DNA from: a candidate division WOR-3 bacterium
GTDB taxonomy: Bacteria > Hydrothermota > Tepidihabitantia > SM23-42 > CAYGYG01
Direction: 5' to 3'
Length of the DNA: 11,321 nt
Assembly: GCA_965648915.1 (NCBI GenBank)
Contig: CBFGIV010000059.1
Span: forward strand, 1 to 11,321
This document shows positions 1 through 7,300 of the stretch, in pieces. Numbering within the stretch: position 1 is the stretch's first letter; each line of letters begins with the position of its first letter. Position numbers and translations under genes: made by a program. The notes below the pieces were generated by a model. It was not told the origin of the DNA. It did no database searches and worked only from the letters and a program-made list of their open reading frames with translations.

Positions 1-128
1 TTTTCTGACGCATCAACTGCAAGACTATATGCAAATTCCTGCATCCCGGCATCATAACGCCTTGTCCAGAGCGTATCCTGGGCAAGGGCAATGCTCAAAG
101 AGAGCAACGAGCTGATTATGTATTTCAT
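1..128 (-). CDS. N-terminus of a secreted protein with a probable SBBP/beta-propeller-like repeat; partial, continues off the left edge
   Basis: Not in the ORF track. Manual translation from ATG 128 gives MKYIISSLLSLSIALA|QDTLWTRRYDAGMQEFAYSLAVDASE. This is a signal peptide ending ALA, followed by W-TRRY...AYSLAVD, typical of propeller blades. SD GGAGGT at 134-139. Confidence 0.8.
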   Translation of the reverse strand, partial: MKYIISSLLSLSIALAQDTLWTRRYDAGMQEFAYSLAVDASE

Positions 129-175
129 TACCCACCTCCAGTAATAGGTTTAATGGTTCTTTCCTTAAAATTATC

Positions 176-2848
176 TCATTTAATGAGAATTACCTTTTCT
201 GTTTGTCTGTATTCACCAGTTTCCAACCGCACAAAATAGACGCCGGATGGGAGTCTGTGACCGTAATCGTCTGTTCCGTCCCAGACGACCTGGTTAAATG
301 GTTGAATGGTTAAATGGTTAAATAGTTTTACAAGACATCCGGTCGCATCGTAAATCCTTATACTGACTACTGACTTCTGACTACTGATTACTTCTGTTTC
401 GTTTGAAATCTGGAATTTGGAATTTGTTTTGGACTTCGGATTTGGGATTTGGAATTTAATTGTAAGGTGATTCCGAAATGGATTGGGATGAACCTCTAAC
501 GAATGCAAGGCGTGAGGCGTAGTTCGTAAATCGGTTTCTTCTACAGAGGTAAAGGGGTAAAATTTACCCCAAATTCGCCAAGTATTTGCTGAATGATTGT
601 TGACATAATCAGTAAAACCAGAATAGACTATTAAGAGTTGATTGTCCAAACCATGCGCCACTACAGGAAAAGTTTGCTCTCCAAATTGGTTAGAGACAAC
701 AAATGAATCAATAACTACCCCCTCAGTGCTCACGCGGCCACCATAGATATCACCACCCTGTTGCCATACCACAAGGTAGTTTGTGCCATCAAAGGCAACA
801 GAGGGACGCATCGCATAATCACCGCCGATATGAATACCCTGTGGATCCAATACTGTCCCTGATGGACTGACTCGGGCACCGTAAATCTGGCTGGAACTAT
901 TTCGCCAGTCAGTCCATACCACAAAATAGTTTGTTCCATCAAAGGCAACCGAAGGTGCAGTAGAAGAATTGGTACATATAGGGATGGTATCAAGTACAAT
1001 ACCATCTTGGTTTACAAGTGCACCATTGATGGAATCGGTCCCACCCATCATCTCCTGCCACACAACCAGGTAGTTTGTGCCGTCAAAGGCAACAGCAGGT
1101 AAAATCTCTCTATGGTTAGTGTTCCTGATAGGAATACCACCAGGGTCAAGCACAACTCCATCTTGAGCCACCCGCGCCGCATATATGTCCCAATTTCCAT
1201 TCCTATAATCAGCCCACACTATAAAATAATTGGTATTATCGAAAGAGACCGCAACCCAGGGGTAAAAATTGGGAGAATAGGGATAAGCCCCGGCGTTGGC
1301 AATAAAAATGCCGCCCGGGTCAAGGACAATACCATCCGGACTCATACGAGCACAATAGACCTTATCGTCTCCATTACCAGTATCTGCCCATACTACAATA
1401 TAATTTGTGCCACCAAAAATAATGGAGGGGTCAATCTGGTCATATTCGGCAGTGGAAATAGGAATTGCTGATGGCTCAAGGAGTGTGCCATTTTGACTCA
1501 CCCGCACACCATAAATATCACAATCTTCACCAAGAAAGTCCTGCCATACTACAAGATAGTTTGTGCCATCAAAGGAAGTAGAAGGATTATTTTGACAATT
1601 TCCAGCAACCGAGATACAAATCCCATCTGGGTCAAGCACTGTGCCTGAGGTATTTACCCTGGCACCATAAATATCAAGGGAAGTATAGCCAGAATTCCGG
1701 GCATCATCCCAGACAACAAGATAGTTTATACCATCAAAGGCAAGTGCGGGGTTTAATTGGTCGTTCGTCTCAGCAGAGATAGAAAAAGAACCTAAAACAG
1801 AACCGTCAGGAGTCACCCGGGCACCGTAAATATTCCTATCACTATCCCTACTCCAGACCACCAGATAGTTTGTCCCATCAAAGGCAATGGTAGAGGAGAC
1901 ATAGTCAGGCATAGAAATAAAAAATAGACTAATAGGAAAACCCCCGGGGTCTAAAACAGTCCCAGAGGTTGTTACCCGAGCACCATAAATCCCCGGATTA
2001 GCACTACTGGCACGAACATCTTCCCAAACCACGAGATAGTTTGTGCCATCAAAGGCAACTGTTGGGTCCCATTGGTTATAATTCTGATTGGAGAGTAGAA
2101 TGCCCTGGGGGTCTAATACTACACCATCCGGACTCACACGGGCACAATAAATATTGAAGCAATAACCCGAGCGCCAGTCTGACCATACCACCAAATAATT
2201 CGTGCCATCAAAGGCAACCGCAGGAGTCCATTGAGGATTATTTACGGTACAGATGGGGATGCCATCAGGGTCAATGACAGTGCCATCCGGGGTTACTCGC
2301 GCACCATAAATATCTCCCCCATACATACCACCTCCATTACGGTCATCTTTCCAGACCACCAGATAGTTTGTGCCATCAAAGGCGACTGCGGGATTTTTTT
2401 GTAGATTTGCAGAGGTACAAATTGGAATGCCTGTGGTATCAATGACAATACCGTCCGGAGTTACCCGCGCACCATAAATATCAGCAGAAGTTGAAGCCCC
2501 TTGTTGCCATACCACTATATAATTCGTGCCATCAAAGGCAACCACAGGGGAACTGCCTCCAGTATAAGGAAGTCCATTAGAAGAAATAAGGATAGCCCCC
2601 GGATCCAATACTATGCCATCAGAAGTCACGCGTGCACCCAAAACGCCACTAATACCTCCCAAATAAGCGCCCCATACTACAAAATAATTTGAGCCATCAA
2701 AGGCAACTGATGGATAATACTGGTCACCCGGTGCTGGAACATAAACCACATTTGTATCAAGGAGGAATTCTGATTGGGCAAAGAGCGATAGGGGAATTAA
2801 AATTCCCAACCACTTTATTACTTTTTTGTTGATATATAAAATAACCAT
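176..2848 (-). CDS. Secreted repeat protein (890 aa): signal peptide, 14 beta-propeller-like blades, T9SS type A sorting / FlgD-Ig-like CTD
   Basis: The start was moved from GTG 2863 to ATG 2848 because AAAGGAG (2854-2860) precedes it. The signal-like region is KKVIKWLGILIPLSLFA|Q. The repeats read P-x-VAFDGTNYLVVW...IYGARV-x-PDG-x-VLDP-x-GI. The C-terminus has VEE...HPNPF...IRIYDATG.LVK...WDGTDD.G..LPSGVYFVRL...KVILIK. Confidence 0.9.
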   Translation of the reverse strand: MVILYINKKVIKWLGILIPLSLFAQSEFLLDTNVVYVPAPGDQYYPSVAFDGSNYFVVWGAYLGGISGVLGARVTSDGIVLDPGAILISSNGLPYTGGSSPVVAFDGTNYIVVWQQGASTSADIYGARVTPDGIVIDTTGIPICTSANLQKNPAVAFDGTNYLVVWKDDRNGGGMYGGDIYGARVTPDGTVIDPDGIPICTVNNPQWTPAVAFDGTNYLVVWSDWRSGYCFNIYCARVSPDGVVLDPQGILLSNQNYNQWDPTVAFDGTNYLVVWEDVRASSANPGIYGARVTTSGTVLDPGGFPISLFFISMPDYVSSTIAFDGTNYLVVWSRDSDRNIYGARVTPDGSVLGSFSISAETNDQLNPALAFDGINYLVVWDDARNSGYTSLDIYGARVNTSGTVLDPDGICISVAGNCQNNPSTSFDGTNYLVVWQDFLGEDCDIYGVRVSQNGTLLEPSAIPISTAEYDQIDPSIIFGGTNYIVVWADTGNGDDKVYCARMSPDGIVLDPGGIFIANAGAYPYSPNFYPWVAVSFDNTNYFIVWADYRNGNWDIYAARVAQDGVVLDPGGIPIRNTNHREILPAVAFDGTNYLVVWQEMMGGTDSINGALVNQDGIVLDTIPICTNSSTAPSVAFDGTNYFVVWTDWRNSSSQIYGARVSPSGTVLDPQGIHIGGDYAMRPSVAFDGTNYLVVWQQGGDIYGGRVSTEGVVIDSFVVSNQFGEQTFPVVAHGLDNQLLIVYSGFTDYVNNHSANTWRIWGKFYPFTSVEETDLRTTPHALHSLEVHPNPFRNHLTIKFQIPNPKSKTNSKFQISNETEVISSQKSVVSIRIYDATGCLVKLFNHLTIQPFNQVVWDGTDDYGHRLPSGVYFVRLETGEYRQTEKVILIK
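291..330. repeat. 8-bp tandem repeat TGGTTAAA x4 (one copy TGGTTGAA) plus one degenerate unit, inside the CTD
   Basis: tggttaaa tggttgaa tggttaaa tggttaaa tagtttta; encodes LFNHLTIQPFNQ on the minus strand. Confidence 0.9.
361..388. repeat. 7-bp tandem repeat TACTGAC x4 inside the CTD
   Basis: tactgac tactgac ttctgac tactgat; encodes ISSQKSVVS. Confidence 0.9.
402..457. repeat. Degenerate 7-bp tandem repeat TTTGGAA, about 7-8 units, inside the CTD
   Basis: tttgaaa tctggaa tttggaa tttgt tttggac ttcgga tttggga tttggaa ttt; encodes KFQIPNPKSKTNSKFQISN. Confidence 0.85.
504..531. repeat. Degenerate 7-bp tandem repeat (CGTnnnn) in the linker before the CTD
   Basis: tgcaagg cgtgagg cgtagtt cgtaaat; encodes LRTTPHALH. 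Confidence 0.55.
551..2713 (-). repeat. Intragenic tandem protein repeats: 13 clear units plus 1 divergent terminal unit of about 46-57 aa
   Basis: Counted in the translation. The DNA core AGTTTGTGCCATCAAAGGCAAC (+ strand) recurs with variants, e.g. near 778, 928, 1073, 1558, 2038, 2364. Confidence 0.92.
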
Positions 2849-2945
2849 CTTCACTCCTTTCACCCCGGAATAAATTCAGGGAAGATTTTTTGTCTCTATT
2901 CTCAATCTCCCCAATGACAATTTTCCTAAATCTACTTCAGTTATT

Positions 2946-3028
2946 CCCTCACTTGATGAGAGGGGATGAAGGGGAGGGTGAGATTTTATTATTTCTTACC
3001 CCTCACCCCTTCCCACAAAGAGAGAGGG
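2946..3028. repeat. REP-like GC-rich composite palindromic element
   Basis: A CCCTC-N9-GAGGG hairpin, then GAAGGGGAGGGTGAGA...TCTTACCCCTCACCCCTTC imperfect inverted repeat around an AT-rich spacer, then CCCTTCCC-ACAAA-GAGAGAGGG. Confidence 0.65.
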
Positions 3029-3262
3029 CTTTTTTGGGAAAACTTACCGATTACGAACTCCGTATGCTTAACTTTTTACCCGTGCAAAATCCTATGGAGG
3101 CAAAAAATGAAACATAAGAAATAGCAAAACCAAGCCAGCGATTGTGTGAAAGAGCCACTTTTTAATCATATTATATTCCGGTATTTTCATGTCTTTTATT
3201 TCATTTCTGGCCCTTATCCCATCGCATTTCGTAAAATGTCGCTGGAATATTTTTACTATTCG

Positions 3263-3307
3263 CCTTTACTCGGTTAGCCGGGTCTCCCTGGCTAACCGAG
3301 AGAAAGG
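3263..3307 (-). terminator. Long stem-loop 3' of the cohesin-like gene (terminator or mRNA stabiliser)
   Basis: Arms CTCGGTTAGCCGGG (3269-3282) and CCTGGCTAACCGAG (3287-3300) pair 13/14. The loop reads GAGA on the minus strand. CCTTT/AAAGG extends the stem. No U-tract follows. Confidence 0.55.
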
Positions 3308-3326
3308 GGGTTATGAGCGGGGACAT

Positions 3327-4118
3327 TTATCTTATCTTTACTACCCGTGCTGGCGCAAGGGCAGAGTTTTCCAACATCACAAAATAGACACCAGTGGGAA
3401 GTCTGCAGCCAGAATCATCAGTGCCATCCCAGACGACCTGGTTAAATGGAGAATTGTTTAAATGATTAAATTGTTTCACCAACCTGCCTGTTGCATTGTA
3501 GATTTTTATAGCGGTCACTTCATCTTTTTTCACCTGCCATCCAAGCAAAATGTGATCTCTGAATGGATTGGGAATTGCTTTTATCCCTCTTGATACCGCT
3601 ATCGCTGCGAGAGTATTCTCCTCAATTTCCATTTGAATATTAACCGTGCAAATAGTATTGCCAAATGAGTATGGAATCGGATTGCCATTCGAATTCACAA
3701 GTATGGTTTCTCCGCTATCGTGTAATAAAATTTGAGTGGTGCCGGCCCTTTTTGCTGTGAATGTTATATTGGCTAATGTTCCGCTACCTGAACTCCCTGG
3801 AACAGCTCCTAATTTTGATTCCATAGGCCAAAAATATTGCCGCCCGCCGATGATGTCGCCCATCGCAACATAAAAAAAGGTTCCGCTCCCTAAAAACCCG
3901 CCAGGGGTAGCATCGCTAAAACTTACATAAAAGGTATCATAGGAGAGATATGCCTGCCAGGCATAGAGGTCAGTTACATTGCTAACCCTAAGATAGAGCG
4001 TAAAGCTTTGCCCCGTAGTGGCATTAATGCTGGAAGGGGTGATATAAACTGTTGTTTGGCTGAATGTAAGACCTATTAATCCCACTATTAGTATCAGAAG
4101 ATTTTTTAACCTCATCAT
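3327..4118 (-). CDS. Secreted cohesin-like domain protein with T9SS type A / FlgD-Ig-like CTD (start ATG 4118 or 4115)
   Basis: SD TAAGGAGGT at 4122-4130 and signal peptide MRLKNLLILIVGLIGLTFS|Q. The cohesin-like pattern is VYITPSS...GQSFTL.L.VSNVTDLYAWQAYLSYD...GSGTLANITF.AK.AG. The CTD reads IEE...PNPF...IKIYNATGRLVK...WDGTDDSG.RLPTGVYFV...VVKIR. Confidence 0.85.
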   Translation of the reverse strand: MMRLKNLLILIVGLIGLTFSQTTVYITPSSINATTGQSFTLYLRVSNVTDLYAWQAYLSYDTFYVSFSDATPGGFLGSGTFFYVAMGDIIGGRQYFWPMESKLGAVPGSSGSGTLANITFTAKRAGTTQILLHDSGETILVNSNGNPIPYSFGNTICTVNIQMEIEENTLAAIAVSRGIKAIPNPFRDHILLGWQVKKDEVTAIKIYNATGRLVKQFNHLNNSPFNQVVWDGTDDSGCRLPTGVYFVMLENSALAPARVVKIR

Positions 4119-4154
4119 CTTACCTCCTTAAGCCGTTTTGGGCACGGCTTTGCC

Positions 4155-4197
4155 CTTATACAAATAATATTTCAAAATCTCAAAAAAATCTCAAAAA
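4155..4197 (-). promoter_or_regulatory. Putative promoter of the cohesin-like gene, with an 11-bp tandem direct repeat
   Basis: Minus strand TTGAGA (4178-4183)-17 nt-TATAAG (4155-4160), with an alternative -10 TATTAT (4164-4169). AATCTCAAAAA occurs twice at 4176-4197. Confidence 0.5.
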
Positions 4198-4249
4198 TAG
4201 AGCCAAAATTAACTTCATCAATAACCTTAATTTAGAGAAACTATATAGT

Positions 4250-4269
4250 TGCTCGGGTCTGACCCGGCA
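4250..4269. promoter_or_regulatory. Palindrome CGGGTC-T-GACCCG between the divergent genes
   Basis: Perfect 6-1-6 dyad at 4254-4266, extendable by TGC/GCA with a 1-nt bulge. It lies 13 bp upstream of the -35 at 4280. Confidence 0.45.
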
Positions 4270-4279
4270 GATAGGAATC

Positions 4280-4307
4280 TTGACTTTACAAAAAAGATAA
4301 ATAAAAT
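4280..4307 (+). promoter_or_regulatory. Sigma70-type promoter for a probably leaderless GGDEF-STAND mRNA
   Basis: TTGACT (4280-4285)-16 nt-TAAAAT (4302-4307), then 6 nt to ATG 4314. No SD is present. Confidence 0.7.
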
Positions 4308-4313
4308 ATGCTA

Positions 4314-7300
4314 ATGGAAAGAATTCCTCCTGAATTTATTGATGACCTGACCGGAATTTATAATAGGAGATATTTCATCAAACAGCTACAAAGGCAACTC
4401 AATGAAGCAGATAAGAACAGAATTCCTCTCTCAATTGCCTTAATTGACTTAGACCATTTTAAGAATGTGAATGATACTTATGGTCATGCCCAAGGGGATT
4501 CACTGCTCAAAGAATTTGCTGAATATTTGCGCAATTCGTTGAGACAGAATGATATGGCATTTCGCTATGGGGGGGACGAGTTTGTTTGCCTTCTTTACAA
4601 TACGGATTATGAACAGGGACTGAAATTTGTCCAGCGCCTGATTGATGGCTGTCGGTCCCGTGAATTTGCCCGAATGAGAGTGACCTTGAGCATTGGCATC
4701 GCCTCATTTCCCGAGCAGGGTGATGACCCTGAAACACTCTTTAATATTGCTGACCAGAATCTCTACTGGGCTAAACGGCATGGACGGGACCAGGTAGGTA
4801 TTTTCAAGAAAGAAAAGGAGAAACTTGTCATTCCCACAAAAGAGATTATTGGACGAGATAAAGAGATTCAACAGATTAAACAACTCATTGAATCCACAAA
4901 TGGGACAGCGATATTCATTAGTGGTGAGGTAGGTATTGGCAAAACAAGACTCGTTCATGAGATTTCAAATCTTTATAAATCAAAATTCCGATTCTGGGAA
5001 AGCGACCTATCAATAATGACAAAGTCAATCCCTTATTATCCATTCCGGGAGATTGTTCAACTGATAATTAAGGAGGAGGGACGGGACTGCATAAAGGAAA
5101 TTCCAATGGCTTATCAGACTGAATTTATGAAACTAATACCCGAATTATCCGATACCCAAGAAGAAATGGATAGAGAAATCTTTGTCCTTGATAAGTTTAG
5201 ATTATATGAAGGGATGAGAAAGTTTTTAGAATTACAATCTGCTAAATTGCCAATAATGATTTTCTTGGATAATGTCCATTGGGCTGATGATGGTTCATTG
5301 GAGTTAGTCCATTATCTGGTTAAAAACCTGAAGAATAGTCCTGTCTTCTTCTTTTTTGTTTATCGCGTTGAAGAAATAAACAAAGGATTACTATACGATA
5401 TACAGAGGTTGTTATCAAGGGAGCTCCTCTGTGAGAAGATAGAACTTAACCCATTGAATTTGGAAGACATTGCCTGCATGCTTTCACTCATTGCCGATGC
5501 AACACCCAGCATTGAACTTACCAATTATATATTCAGCCAGTCCGGTGGTAATCCATTTTTTGTTGAAGAGTTAATAAAATCTTTAAAGGAAAAAGGCGCC
5601 TTATCCTGGAAGGATAGCAATTTAGATTTTGATCAGAATAAAAAGATAGCCATTCCCCATACAATTGAGGATGTCATTGCACGAAAGCTTGATATGCTAT
5701 CCCCTGAAGCTTACAAATGCCTTGAATACGCCGCAGTAATTGGGAGGGAGTTCAATTTTAGTTTTCTTAAAGAGCTTATACAATTAAATGAGGGACAGCT
5801 CTTGGATGCGCTGGATGAATTATTTAAAGCACGGTTAATGAAAGAAAAAGTGCCTGAGCATTATTATTTCTCTGAGGATATAATTAGAGAGATAGTCTAT
5901 CGTAAAATTGGAACCGCCAAATTAAGACTTTACCATCTTGGTGTAGGTGAAAGACTTTTGCAATTTCATAAAGACAAAATAACAAATATTTTAAGTGAGT
6001 TATCAAGTCATTTCTATTTAGGAGGCGATAAGAAAAGGGCGGTAGACTACAGTATTAGCGCCGCAAAAAAAGCTGAAGAATCTTATGCATTCAGGGAGGC
6101 GATTAATTTATATACCAGGGCGCTTGAATGCCTGTCTGAAAGTGGAATTGAAAATGCCGGACAAAGGGAGATAGAATATCTCTTAAAGCGAGCCCTGGCA
6201 CTCAGTTTTATAGGAGAAAAAGAGAGGGCCGCCCTTGACCTAAAAGACGGACTCAATAAGGCCCGAGAAAGAGGGGATAAAAAACTGACCGCTGACTGCC
6301 TTGATGCACTATGTAGTATCTACCAGACTACTGGGCAATATAAAGATGCGTTGGCACTGGCCGAGGAAGCCTTTCAGATATATCAGGAACTAAACGATGA
6401 TGATGGCAGGGCTTCTATTCTTAACACAATTGGCACCATTCATTGGGCAATGGGTAAATTTCCGAAGGCATTAGAATTTTACCAGGAGGCGTTGAAGATT
6501 AGAGAAAGATTAAATGACCTTAAAGGGATTGCTGGACTCCTTTCTAACATTGGAATGATTTATAGCGAACTCGGTGAATATAAAAAGGCTTTAGAACTTT
6601 ACCAGAATTCATTGAAAATAAGAAAAGAAATAAATGAGCGCAGGGGCCAGGCGGCGAGTCTAAATAACATAGGTAGTGTATATAGCGACCTTGGAGACCA
6701 TCAGAAGGCCCTTGAATTTTATGAAAGTTCATTAAAAATAAAAGTTGAAATTGGTGACCGTAATGGTGAGGCTGGCACACTTAACAATATAGGAAACATT
6801 TATAAAGTAATGGGTAAGTATAAAAAGGCGTTAGAGTTTTATCAAAGTTCCCTCAAAATATTTAATGAGATCGGTAATCGAAAGGCACAAACTGCCTGTC
6901 TTATGAATAGTGCTTCGCTCTACCACATACTCGGCGAATATCCAGCGGCATTAGAGTTATGTAACAAGGCACTATCAATTACCAGTGAAACTGGTGACCG
7001 TCGTTACGAGGCAGAAATCCTTTTAACCATAGGTGATATATTTCTGGAAGAAAAAGATTATCAGAAAGCAGAAGAACTATATAAAAATGCCCGTTTAATA
7101 GCCGAGGAAATTAAGTCAAAAACACTCTTTTTTGATGTTTGTTCTCACCTTACCTCTTTTTATCTGACAACAAACAATCTGAATGGAGCAGAGCGGGAGT
7201 TAGCCAATGTTTCAGCACTCGCTGCTGAAATTGAGTCAAAAGCAGATAAGGCAAGGTCACTTCTCTTAGCAGGTAGGCTGTTCACAAAAAAGAAAATGTT

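Noticed and set aside
730..2692. Track ORFs 730-1005 (-), 1112-1471 (+), 2501-2692 (+)
   Set aside because: Alternate-frame or antisense shadows of the repeat gene, with no recognisable domain.
778..2710. Recurring ~22-bp DNA motif AGTTTGTGCCATCAAAGGCAAC as a CRISPR array
   Set aside because: The period is about 140-170 bp, the copies vary at synonymous sites and encode VAFDGTNY in frame, and no cas genes are present.
231..3449. The two similar CTD segments (231-301 and 3379-3449) as a DGR template/variable repeat pair
   Set aside because: Mismatches are mostly third-position and not adenine-specific (many C/T). Both copies are coding, and no reverse transcriptase is in the window.
2890..3461. 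Track ORFs 2890-3117 (+) and 3189-3461 (+)
   Set aside because: The first translates the palindromic element. The second crosses the hairpin and runs antisense to the cohesin gene. Neither has an SD or protein-like motifs.
2849..4307. c-di-GMP-I/II riboswitch in the intergenic parts of this span (2849-3326 and 4119-4307)
   Set aside because: I could not find the full two-hairpin consensus by eye; only a GGGCAAAG fragment is present. An Infernal search would settle it.
4569..4575. G7 run in the GGDEF codons as a phase-variation tract
   Set aside because: It is explained by GGG GGG GAC coding and is short for a contingency locus. Read-level indels would be needed to support it.
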